Part shown: positions 25,337-37,800 of the stretch, one piece after another | How positions within the stretch are numbered: position 1 is the stretch's first letter | Layout: every line of letters begins with the position of its first letter | Source of the DNA: Utricularia gibba | Taxonomy: Eukaryota > Plantae > Magnoliophyta | Length of the DNA stretch: 64,000 nt | Assembly (NCBI GenBank): GCA_002189035.1 | Contig: CM007992.1 | Location: 2,728,001 to 2,792,000, forward strand | Reading direction: 5' to 3' | Notes under the pieces: model-generated | Database searches by the model: none | Told to the model about the DNA's origin: nothing | Seen by the model: the letters and a program-made list of their open reading frames with translations, nothing else | Translations under genes and position numbers: made by a program

Positions 25337-28300
25337 TTATCCAGCAGTGTGTTGCCTGCAACCCTTGGGACCGAAGTGCTCAGAACTGCGTTTCACCATC
25401 TTCCTACAGAGGTAGCAATGATGGTTCTGGCATGCCCAACAAAAAATGTGATTGTTGTTCCCCACCTGCATGCACCAAGGAAACAAGCAACAAGGCCCAT
25501 GTTACTGGAAACAAGTAACAGAGAACCACCGAGCACGTCCAAAATCAACCTAAAATTACATGAAGCACCGCATGACAGGTTTTTCTGAAAAGTAATGACC
25601 TTCAAATTTTGTTGGCCGCAAATGGGACAACGATGGCTCTGATCGGGAAACATGAGCGCCTGCATTTCGCCAATGATTTGGCGAGGATTCCTCTCCTCCC
25701 ACCTCTGGATTTCTTCAGGAGGGAAAAGCTCACAACTCCCATCTCTTCGGTGGGATACAAAGTGAATTAGCATTCGAAAAGTATCAGAACTTGTAGACTG
25801 TTGAAAAAACGCACACCTGAAATGCTCATATCCAGAAATAGTCTTATTGCAACGGTAGCAGAAGTACTGACCACAGTTTCCACACACTATCTTATTGCAA
25901 CCTTCAGTGCGGGAGATCGCCATCTTACATGATGGGCATAGTCTAGAGGTACCGCTTATCTCCTTGATACTGAGAAGTTGATTGATAATATCTCGCTCAC
26001 GACGCCTTTGCTCGCCGCCAATTGATGTGGAACTTTGTCTCTCCTAATGAGAAAACAGCCCAATGCATGTCAGATGTGAAAACCCAAGTAAGCATTTTCA
26101 GATGGGTCAACTGTCTGAAAATCTCCAAGACCCCCAAGGATACAATTTCAAAAATCGAACTTCAAGTGACAATTCTACGTGGCATCAAAGATTCATCACA
26201 CGAAATGGGAAAAACGTGAAGCCTAATCAGATGGATTTTTAAATCACTTTTCCTTCACACACAAGGATAGACAAGCTTGGTCTCTAGAATTAAGGTCCAA
26301 GTCACGGTATCTAAATCATCAGACTGGTATTGCTTATCAATTATGAAACCTCATTCAAAGTCTAGATTGAGGTGGCTGTACCTGCAAAATAACCAGTTTC
26401 ATCTCTGCTGTCATACAAGAAACTCCAACATGGCGACGATCAAGACAGAGGGTACAAAAACTATGGTAGCACTTTGAACATTGTGCATGATGATCTTCAT
26501 CCTCTAGACAGGCTGTTTCACACCTAGGGCAGTAAACCACATCAGGCATTGCTTCTAATGTCTTATGCAAAGTCAGCGTTTCCCAGCGCTCATATTCTTC
26601 CTTGCCAAGTAGTCTTCTAAGTGAGCCCACCGGAATCATGCCTTCACATTTTGATTCCGGACATTTAAGTTTGAAGACTGTTCCTTCTTGTACGTGCATG
26701 TGACAGAATGTCCTCATGCATTCTTCACAGAAAAAATGCTGACAAGATAGTCTGACGAACTCAGAACCTAAAAAAGAACAGCACGGCTAGTTTAGAATGT
26801 TAAATAAAATTATATACACATACCATAAAAGCTCTATAGTACATTGAGACAAACTTTCGGCCAATGATTCAACACAGATTTTAGATTTGTGTCATCAAGA
26901 TTAAAACAGAACAGCTAAATGATCTTACAATATCAATGGATTTCAGTAACATACCAAGGGCATTTCTGAAACAAATAGAGCATTCCTGGATTTTCCCACG
27001 AAATTCTTCATGGAGTCGCTCATCATTATAACTCTTTAACAAAGGAATATCAATCTCGGGAGAAACACAACCAGATATACCCCTCCTATCACCTTGACAC
27101 TGAACCTCATAAGGACCAAGAGATATTTTATCACTAAAACCAAGATAGGCGAGAGAATCATCATGCAACCACTGAATCCACTTGTATAAAATCTCATTAC
27201 CAGTCTGTTCTTCCCATATTGAATCAAGTTTGCTGCAGAGTTCACAGATTTTACACGAAGCCAGCCATTTACAAGCGATAGTAAAGTAAGGAGCAAAAGA
27301 ACTTGGGTATGATGGCGGTAACAGGCATGTCAGTATAATAGGAGGCAGATAGCTGACTGAGAAAGTGTACGAGAAATCTGACGTGTGGTCGTCTCTTTGG
27401 TCACCAGTATCAGATTTAAGTTGTGCAGTGATAAGGAGTTCACTAGAAAGTTGAAAATGAACACGTGCCTGCACAATAAAATTAGAAATAAATTTTCCTT
27501 AAAAAAAAACTTTCGGTCTTTTTTCGAGCGAAAAGTATAATCTGAATAACCGCAAAAATTGCACAAAGTTACATAAATGAAATGCTTGACTACCACTAAA
27601 CGCTTCATGCCATTTTCATCCTCTAGAATGGAAACGTTCTCCCCATAAATGGATTCCAGCGCTAGCAACTGCAGAAAATCAGATAGACAACCAAAACAGG
27701 TGAGAGGCAGAGTGAAGGAAATTCACTGAGGTTTTAACATCATCTAAAACTTTTTTAAAAGAAATAACTTCGGCATGATACTTTTCTCCTTTCCTTACAC
27801 TTTCATTTGTGCATACTGGACTGCCTCTTGCGTACTAAAAGAATTCAAGCAATTCATCGACAGCAAAGTCTTCTCTAATCATGCTGAGAGAATTCCAATC
27901 TACTTATAAAGAAATAAAAACACGGCACATAAAATGCATCAATTAAGGAAACTCCAAGGAAGCAACGCTGCTTGAAAATCCAGAAAGTTCGTCACTTTGT
28001 TCAACCATCACTAGAATACACTTCAGGAATCAAGAGATCCAAGAAAAATCAAAACATCCATAGATTCCCAGCTGCGGCAACCATATGGAGAAAAAGCAAT
28101 CACGATACCATAAGTGAAAACTACCTCATCCTCTTGAAGTTGTCTATTAATAGTGATCAATTCTTCTGACAATTGGGGCTGTTCAGCACTCAATTCAAGC
28201 TCATGCAATCTTTTCACACACTCATTCTGGCTCAAATTCAACTCATCCTCCCCACCATCTGCGCACCCGCTACCTTCACTGTTACTGGCGACAGCACTCA

Positions 28301-28373
28301 AGGTATCCGAATCAATTTTGGAGAAAGAAGAGTCATCGAAACCTTTTCGTTCCCGGGGTGTAAGATTGAACAT
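25337..28373 (-). CDS. RWD + RING-IBR-RING (RBR) E3 ubiquitin ligase, RNF14/ARA54-like, 7 exons
   Basis: Exons 28373-28125, 27668-27594 (donor could be 27597), 27468-26955, 26767-26382, 26043-25817, 25744-25600, 25465-25337. RWD (LALESIYG...[17 protein letters not shown]), RING1 (CSICF...[11 protein letters not shown]), IBR (YCPRCE...[17 protein letters not shown]), RING2 ([19 protein letters not shown]). Last exon [22 protein letters not shown]...[13 protein letters not shown] is absent from the ORF track. Start codon less certain. Confidence 0.92.
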
Positions 28374-30702
28374 CTGGAGATGGTTGGGGTGTCGAATTTC
28401 GACAGAAAGGAGGACAACGGCCGCTCCGTCTTCAGGGTTTTGTGTAGTTTCTGAAACTAGTATGTATTTTTCTTGACATACATAAAATGGAGGTTACAGG
28501 TTTCACAAAATAACTTGTATTTTTTCAAGTCACTTCAATACAGTTTAAGTGCCTAAAAATAATGTCTACCTTTTGCATATGCAACACCCACACTAAAGCA
28601 CAGTGGCGTTTTTTAAATATATTATCTTTTTTAAAGCATAATGAAATTTAGTATTACTTGAATTAACATACATTTTTTGCTCCTAATACTTATTTTTTTA
28701 TTTAATATGTAACCATGAGCACTCTCCATATCAATAATCACATTGGTGTGATGCATGTTTCATTATCACTTTATTTTTTTCATATATTCATCCATAGCTT
28801 AATCTCATTCCTCCAAAAAACCATTTCTATCTTCTTTGCAAATGATATTCAAAATATTACTAATTTTTAGAGAATGATTTTATTCATTTCCATACTTCTC
28901 TACGCCGATGAACGAAACAAATACAAAATTTATTATTGATTTTATCTAGCATCTTGATCAATTCCATGGGAGTGCTTTGAAATTATTGTTAGTGAATAAT
29001 GTACATTTAAATGATGTGTCAAAAAACACGTGACTAATAGCATGAAACAATGTATTTCAGAGTTTACATTATTTTGTTAAATATATTTCAGTGATCGAAA
29101 AAACCATCTCTTATAAATACTTCCTCACAATATCAGTCATTGACACTTTAACATTTTTTTAGTGAATAAATAATACAATAATGAACCTATTAATAGATAC
29201 GAATTCTTACATACTTTAGGATAAGACTTCATGCTCTCATATTTTTATTTCCCTTTCAAATTACTGCAATCTTCAACTATAAACTCAATTGTGGCACTTT
29301 TATTAGACAGTAAATATTGTGCATAATACTTCTTAAATCGTTTAACATCGAAAAACCCATCATTATATGTTAATTTTTTCATTTTAACAATATGAGAAGA
29401 TATTTCTATAACAATTTCCCAACATTAAGTTAAGTTTTGGTGCATTAATTACTTTCTACATGACCTTTTCTTTCTAACACGATGGTTTAACTAAAGTATT
29501 TTTTAGATGTGGTCGAAAATTCTCAATATGTGGGTATTGATCATACACCCGTCAAAATTTATGATTCTCAAGTTTCACATGAGTTAATCAAGTGTATTCT
29601 CTATCCTTAATACCTAAGTACTTTATAATGAGTCTTGTTTCAATACTTTTTGTAAACTTATAGTGTATATCCTTCAAAACATAATAATTTTCAAGGGATT
29701 CATTCACTTGCCATTTATATTTCTATAGAACTCCTTCTCTATTAATAATAACAAATATCATTTATCAAAATTTCAAAAAAAAAAAGTCAATTACATAAAT
29801 TCTTGATTTGTCTGACCAAGATTCATATTAAAAAAGTTTCATTTCTCTCCACTTGACATTTGACGACCCTTCATGTAATATGTTCTTAAACTTTTAAGGT
29901 AATGTCATCATTAAGGGAGAAGAATTCCCAACATTATTAAGCTCAATTAGAAAATGTTTGTCAAGAATTTTACATATATTATCATCATTACTATCAAATC
30001 CCTCATTTTTGGCTCATGTACTGCCGAGTGTTAGGGAATGTGCACAAATGGAAGCTAAGAACCACGTGTTGGGAAGCTTCAAGACCGTTATCGAGTGTAA
30101 ATGCCCAAGAATAGTGTGGCAGTCAGTACCGGGTGTTGAGGAATGTTACCGAGTGTTGGGGTGCCTCAAGATGGGGATGAATTAGAAATATGACCATGTG
30201 TCTATAAGAAAAATGACCATACATTGTGCTTCAAAATCGAATGTCTGTATTCGAGTTATTTGTATATACGCTAGATGTCGAGATAACGCTCAATCTTGGA
30301 GTTAAAAGTCTTCTGCTTACACAGTTGTTATTAGGTATTAACTATTGCTAGCAAGTATAAGACATGTATTTAGTTTTAAATTCACTTGCGTAGTCTAGCA
30401 GATTGTTGATGAACATTCCTTCTTTCTGATCATAAGTTGCTTCTGCGAATGAATTGAGCCACCCGCTTTGATTTTGAGCAAGAAGGGTTGGCTCCTTGAT
30501 TAGGAATAATGTTACTTGTATAAGCATGAATCCAAGTAGCAGCCTTCTGCTCTGAGAAGTGATTTGACAGAAGCAGGAGCTGATGAAATTGATCAAACAA
30601 CATGGATGGAAGACACAACAAGGTAGTGATCCATCACAGAAGCAGCAAAAGACATTTGGTTTAAGAATCAGTAACTAGTGCGCCAAGGAGCTGTTTTACC
30701 AG

Positions 30703-31638
30703 TTAAGAAGTTTGGCCGGATGAGCCCTTCAAACTTCGAAAATTCTTCTTCAGTTCAGAGACTCTCTTCATACAGGCAGATTTCGTTTTCCCGGGTACAG
30801 AAGCAGCAATTTTCTCCCACCGTAGAGGGGCGTCCTTGGGAAATGCCTTGAGTGCATTCAGCAATGCTAAGTCCTCATTTGCGCACCACTCATCGCCCAT
30901 CTTTGTTTCTTCTGTTTCCTGATTCGTGTGTGTCTCAATTGGATCACTGCCTTGTTCTAGAAAGCGTTTGTCCACTGGCTTTCTTTGCTGCAGAAACTTC
31001 TTGTAAGAGTCTTCATCGTTTGGGTTCCTCGTGCCCAAATCTTTAGCCTTTTGCACCACGAACTCCACTTTGAATCTCCCGTTGAAACACCTAGCTATGT
31101 CCTCCCATCGCCCGGGTTTCCCAACTGGGTGTTTCTCCATTGATCTCTTAAGCAGCTTGTCGTCGGCTTCGCTCCATTCCTCAGATTTGTATTCAATCAA
31201 GGGTTCCTCGTTTCGGATTGACACGGAAGGAGTCGGATTCGCCGAGGATCCGCCAGATTCGGATGATTCGCTTTTAGCGGAGGGGTTTTGGGAGGATGAT
31301 GATTTCTTGGCTGATTTCCTCGTAGGTTTTTCATCCGGAAGAATGTCGGGTGTTTCCTTGTGTCTGAGAGGTGGGCCGATTCCGACACGTATGTCGCCGG
31401 CAGTGAGAGACGGCGGAGCAAATGGACCGAGAAGAAGTGAAACGGAGAGCCAGAGGAGAAGTGATTTGAAGGGCTCGGAGGTGTTGAAGACAAGACTTAG
31501 GATCAGCAGTGAGGAAGCGAGCGAAAAAAAGATAGTCGGCCGATGGAGAGGCGACGCCGGGCGTGGCGGCGCCGACGGCTTGGATTGCAGGAAGGCTCTC
31601 GACGGTCTCCCCACAAAGTCCTCATCAACGAACTCCAT
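30703..31638 (-). CDS. MAMYB: Membrane-anchored MYB (maMYB-like), single exon, 311 aa
   Basis: Two N-terminal hydrophobic segments ending LGPFAPPSLTAGDIRVG, then two SANT/Myb repeats (EWSEADDKLLKRSMEKHPVGKPGRWEDIA; WCANEDLALLNALKAFPKDAPLRWEKIAASVPGKTK). Confidence 0.93.
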   Translation of the reverse strand: MEFVDEDFVGRPSRAFLQSKPSAPPRPASPLHRPTIFFSLASSLLILSLVFNTSEPFKSLLLWLSVSLLLGPFAPPSLTAGDIRVGIGPPLRHKETPDILPDEKPTRKSAKKSSSSQNPSAKSESSESGGSSANPTPSVSIRNEEPLIEYKSEEWSEADDKLLKRSMEKHPVGKPGRWEDIARCFNGRFKVEFVVQKAKDLGTRNPNDEDSYKKFLQQRKPVDKRFLEQGSDPIETHTNQETEETKMGDEWCANEDLALLNALKAFPKDAPLRWEKIAASVPGKTKSACMKRVSELKKNFRSLKGSSGQTS

Positions 31639-32849
31639 TTCCCAAACAGGTAGCCGTTGCTAGTCTAGGTTACTTTTGTACTACATAAACCCTGAATTCT
31701 AAATATTTATTACTATTTAATAAAATCAAAATTCAAGGGGGTTAATATACAATATTGGACACTCGACTATCTAAATCCCCAAATTTTTTAAAATTGATAT
31801 GATTAGCCTTCAATATTTAATAAAAATGACATAAGTAGTCTTGATTGACATAGTTAGTTTCTAAGTTTTGACATACTAGATATATTAAATTCTCAACTTT
31901 GATATACCAAACATATTTAGTAGATGTTCTAATTTACTTTTTTTTTACTTTTACTTTCAAAAAAAAAAAAAAAACTAGAATGAAAAATAAATAAAAAACA
32001 ACATTCTACTTTATACTTCTAACTTATCAATTAATTCAATTTCTTACAAAATATATTGAGTATGATGAAAAAGCAATATAAATAATATTATTCACTAAAA
32101 TCATTATATTAATAATGTTATGCGCCACTAGTAATGACGCTTTGATATGCTCCATCATTGATGGTGCCTTAGATAAGACACTGTTCGTGATAGCGCTTTA
32201 AATTTGCTAAACTCATACTTCTCCTTCTATATATATCTTACATCTTCACAATTTTTTTCATTCATCTACAAAGTTGAGTAGAATCGGAGTTGAAGAAAAT
32301 TTTGATAATATTGTTTCTTTATTTTATAATTTTTTATTTAATTTTTTTATATTTCATAATAATTATACAATAATTGATTACATATGTTTGTTTTACTATT
32401 TCAGAATGGATAAATACACTAATGATTTTTTTTATTTTTTAGGAATGTCATCCGATTTGCCTTACAATGAGGGTGAAAGTTTGCATACTCCTTCATGGCC
32501 TTGCACCAATATACCAAATGTCAATTATGGAGGTACTTATTTTATTACATATGTTAAGACTTATCCATTTTTTATATTTGTAATAATTAATTAAATTGGA
32601 GGTATATCTCCGAGTCTTCAATTATCATTATCTTTAAACCATGATAACAATCCAAGTGTGAACGTGGCTGAAGGATTCCCTATAGAAGGTAATTTTAGTG
32701 AGATTAAGTTTTAATATATGAAATTATTATTATTAATTTTTTTTTTAAGATATGGTCGACCTTGATGATGATGGTGGAGACACCCACTTGAGTGAGGATT
32801 CTGAAGCCCCACCAGCAAATGTTTGTGAGGACGAAGCACCAAAGACGGG

Positions 32850-34745
32850 AATTGAGGCACCTCGTGTAGTACAATTGCCCGGATCTCGCTCTTGATGATT
32901 CTCTAGGGTGTTTTGTGAGGGAGGAATACCCTCTATCCAAAACAATCCGGTAAACACTTTCGTATCCGAGGAATTTAAATATGGTGGCAAATATAGGCGA
33001 TACAATGAGAAGGTACATGTGCTGAATAAGGGAATCGCACTTGCTAGTAAAGTTCATTCCCAATATTATGTTGCCCACTATTATATAAAACGAGGATATG
33101 AATTCATCGTTCTTGTTAGTCAGCCCACATTATGGCAAGGCAAATGTGCTCGTGCTAACATGGATCCTAAGTGTTATTGACGTATAAAGATTATGCGATC
33201 TGTACATGATGGAGTTTGGCAAGTATCGATCTGTGACTTTCCACATACTTGCATGACATCGCAACCTTTCCGGTTTATTCATTGGATATGAACTTATGCA
33301 TACTGCACATAGAGAAGGAGGTATAGTTTAAATATTTCTTAATTTTTTTTACATAGTTTATGTTTTTAATAACTTTTCTTTGTTGTAGAGAGTAAGGTTG
33401 CATATGCTCGAAAATGTATTTTTGAAAAATATCAAAAGAAGATTACTTATGAACGTGCATGGTGCGGTGCTCAACTTGCTTTTGAGTTGGTCTATGGAAC
33501 ATGGGAATCATCAGTGCAAAAGCTACCTGCATTATTTTTGGCAATCACGCAAGCCAATCCGAGTACAGTGGTCTCATGAGACTGCTTTCCCACTATTGTA
33601 GAAGAGGATCATAAAATCATGCACTATGTTTTTTGGGCTTATGACCACAAGTTGCTCGTGACCAAAGGATCGAGGTAGTCACATTCTACCGTTAGCCTAT
33701 GCATTCATCGACGAGGAGAGTAGAGATGCATATCTTTGGTTTATTGATTTTCTAGATGAACATTTTTTTTTGTTGAGGCCAGGGTAGCATAATCTTGGAC
33801 AGAGCTGCAGGCATGCTTGCAACTGTGAGGAATTACGCTGGGTTTCAAGAAGTTTGGAAGCAAAATACTTAAGCAAATGGCTTATAATCCCGAAGCGACC
33901 TATGATCCAAGAAAGATGATGATGTACCCCGAAAGGATTCAAAAGAAAAATCCGATGGCCTATGCATGGTACTTTGAGCCGGAAAATGGTCCATATGAGA
34001 GATGGGCACTCTCATATGATTCAGGCAGATGCTACGAGAATCTAACTTCTAATGCAACAGAGATCATGAACAACGTTCTCAAGGTTTGTCGTCGGTTTCC
34101 CTCAGATACAATTGTTGAGACTACTTTGTGCAAGTCAGCTACCATCCTCCGCGAGCGTAAAGATTAGATCACCTCGATGACAAAAAACCACCAGGTATTA
34201 TGTTTGAGGTTACTTAATTTCAAGTATTTTTAATGTTTTATTATTTTACTTTATGTATAACACTTGTTATCTATGTATGCAAGCACTCTCAGATGAGGCA
34301 AAACATTTTTGGGAGAGAGCACGTGAACGAGCTAAGACACACAATGTACGTCAATTCGAGACGACGGATATGTCATTTCAGATTGAAGTCGTCAGTCGTG
34401 GGAAAGGGAGACGCTATCATTATAGAGTGATGCTTTGTGATCAGACTTGTAGTTGCGGAAAGTGGACTAAGTATGGTGTTCCATGTTCTCATGTTGTTAC
34501 TGTTGCTAAAAAGGTGAAGGTAAGTGCCGACGATCTCATGATTAGTCTTGATATATTGCATGCGTTGCGACAAACGTATAGTGAAGAGGTTTTTAACCCT
34601 ATTGACTCTGATACCTATGTCTCTTACTCAGGCTGGACCCTATACCATGATCCTACATGCCATCGGACTATTGTTGGCAGACAGCATCACACAAGAATAC
34701 ACAACGAGATGGATTGGGGAGTGAATCCACCACCAACAGAATAGT
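32850..34745 (+). pseudogene. MuDR (MURA-like) transposase, inactivated
   Basis: N-terminal MuDR domain (about 33030-33250), ILPLAYAFIDEESRDAYLWF and IILDRAAG (about 33680-33830), WALSYDSGRCYENLTSNATEIMNNVLK, SWIM finger CSCGKWTKYGVPCSHV. Stops, frameshifts and apparent deletion of the first catalytic-D (IDGT-type) block. Confidence 0.88.
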
Positions 34746-34879
34746 CTGATAAATTTGGTTTTTTCTGGTTTGAACTTTGATTAATTGCTAGTTGGAGTTA
34801 TTTATTTTGGATATTTTATTTATGGTTGTTTTCAAACTACTTTCATAAAAATAGCTTATTTGATAACAACAAAACACAT

Positions 34880-37800
34880 TTACTCATGCCTATGTTGCCG
34901 TGATGATGATGGACGGGTCACATCATGTGGACCACTATATGACGGTGGAAATGGGAATCTCCAATACCCATGTCCCCTCCCAACACTAGACTGGCTCGAT
35001 CCTGCATGGGGCAATATGAACTCTAGGTAAGGAGGCGGCCAAGGATATGACGGAGTCATAGCCAAGAGTGGTGGTCGCACATAGGAAGAAGAAGTGATAA
35101 ACGGAAATTTTAGCATATCGTTGCAATAAAAGCAAACTTCCATATCAAATACATTTATAATCCCTAATATACTTCAAAAGATCAATTTCACCTTCCCCTT
35201 CTCTTTTACCTTTGGTTTTGACATACACAACTGCTTCAAATATTTGACACTCTTTGGGATAAGATCAATATACTCCAAAAGAGTCAAGTTCAATTAAGTG
35301 TTTCCCAATGCTTTCAACATTTTTTCTTTCTCAGTTTGCTCTTCTTTTGGCTTCAGCTTTCCTGGAAAAGAAGGCTGGGTCACCTTCATCGTGACAAGTT
35401 CTGGTAATATTTCAACTTCATCCTCACTCTATACAACAACTTCGTACTCCTCTGTCTCGTTCTCCTTAGTCTCAGTCTGGACTAATTCTCGTCCAGGCTA
35501 CTCATTTTCGCTCCTAAGTGTCATGGCACTGATGTTCGGCCCTCCACTGGAATTTGGATTTCGCTTGGGTCGAGATGGCAGACTCTCTTTCTGTTTCATG
35601 TCTCCAAGCTCTGCTGCCAACTGACTCACTTGAACCTTCAAATTCTGGATTGCTTGTTGATTTTCAGCTTGATTCTTGATTGATTGCACCATGAAAGTCT
35701 TCACCATTTCTTCCAATGAATTTCCAGAATTCAGTCCATCATTTCCTTGATTTGAGGCTTGAAATGGCTGCTGGGTGTGTTGATTTTGCCTTCGAAATGG
35801 AGGTGCCTGATAAGATCTTTACTCCTGAAAATTTTGCTGCCCCATGGTTGAGCTTTTTCCTTTGTAAGCATTTTCGTTGTTGCTCCAACGAAAATTTGGA
35901 TGATCCCTCCAGCCTGGGTTGTAAGTATTTGAATATGAATCATATTTCTTCCTCTGTTGAGGCTCCAAATATCCTTTAGCCTTAACATGCTCTTTTTCAA
36001 ATAAATCTGGACACTTGTCCACAACATGCCCTGTTTTGTGACAGTTTCTACATGGCATGTTCTTAGCCTAGAATAAGAATAGCTCCTTCATCATTTCAGA
36101 CATAGCAGCAACATTTTTCGTGAGTTCATTCTCTGAAATCCTAGACTTACCCTCCACTTCGTATACTCTCTTGTTTAAGGCTTGCTTCCAGATAATGTCT
36201 CGAATGCTCAGCCAACTCCTCAAGCAAGGAAAGAGCTTCGGTTGGTGTCTTTTTCCTTAAAAATCATCCCACCGCCAAATCTACCATGGCTCGGTCAGTG
36301 CATAGCAACCCATCATAGAAATACTTGACCAAAGCATTGGTCTGAAAACCATGGTGTGGGTAGGAACCCAAAAGATGATTAAATCTCTCCCAATATTCGT
36401 GCAATGATTCTCCACTCATTTGTTCAACATCACTAATTTCTTTTCTAATACCTTCAGCCTTGGAAGCTGGAAAATATTTGCTCAAAAACACTTTCTTCAT
36501 TCTAGCCCAATCAGTTATGCTTCTAGGCCTTAGTGAGTTAAACCACGTTTTGGCTCCTCTTACCAAAGTAAACTGGAAAGCTCTCAAACAAATTGAATCT
36601 TCAGTCATTCCAGCTCCCTTGAATGATGTGCATATTGCTATTACGTTGTCAAGATGCTCACGGGGTTCTCTCCAATTTTTCCATAAAATTTGGGCAAAAA
36701 GTTGATCATCGCCGGCTTCAGCTCATTTGCTCCATCCTCTGAAAATCTGATACATAGACCCCTGTAAGTATGATCAGCAATATCTAATTCGTTCAAGGTC
36801 TTCTAAGGCTCTACCATTCTGAAATTATTGTTAGTCTCGGGTGGGAGCTGTCTCAATCTAGTTGCTTCCCTAACTCTAAACCTATTCTTGCTGATAGCTC
36901 TCTCAATTTCTGGAAGGAAAGTGAGATTACTTGCACCAGATGCATCAACTAAAAACACAAAACAATTAAACACCGCTCCCCGGCAACGGCGCCAATTTGA
37001 TAAACGTAAATTTTAGCATATCCTTGCAATAAAAGCAAACTTCCGTATCAAATACATTTATAATCTCTAGTCCTAACAAAATACAAATTAATCACAAAGT
37101 GTACAATGAAATTCGGGGTCGATCACAAGGAGCTTGTGCTTGTCATGTATTTTAACAGATGCAGAATTCAAAGTAATGGTAAATTTTCGTCTAAGCTCAG
37201 ACCAACAGTGGTAAACAAGTTCGGTAAACAAGATCAGTAAACAATATCAGATCTTAACGCTAAGGTAACATGTACTAGTTCTAACTCAAAATAATACTAA
37301 GATGCCTTAAGGATCTACAGGTAGTGTGGTGCCAAAATTCCTAATTTAATCTGTCATGTTCCTACACTCACAACTTCAAATAACCTAAGTCTACCCAGGT
37401 CATTCATCATATTTTCGGCCAAGCTAGTCCTCCATATCATCACCAACCTTGCAATTAGGCTTACCCGCATGCAAAGCATATACATCTAGGTCTGCCCGGT
37501 TCTACTGGTTCTACCCCGAACTAACACCTACTGTTCCTGTCTTGATTTGTTGGCCTACCTCTAAATCAAGCATCTAAGTTGTAAAGTTATTTGTTACCCT
37601 CCTTAGGTCTACCTATGGTTTGATAGAAACAAGGGCTAAGAAACAATGATCAATTTTATTAAAACTCCTAAACCCACACCATCATGCTTCACCTTAAGAT
37701 ATTCCTAGGGTTTAGCTACTCATGCTTTGAAGGTAAAAAGTGATGGCATTAACATAAAACAATGAAAATGTTAAGAACATCGTGCAGAAGTTTGGTGCAG

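Noticed and set aside
25200-25340. RBR 3' UTR possibly donated by the adjacent Copia remnant
   Set aside because: Recognisable Copia similarity fades by about 25150 and the poly(A) site cannot be located from sequence alone.
30348-30621. Short ORFs downstream of maMYB
   Set aside because: No recognisable motif; probably 3' UTR or flank. A BLASTX hit would reopen this.
31031-31663. 210-aa plus-strand ORF
   Set aside because: Antisense shadow of maMYB.
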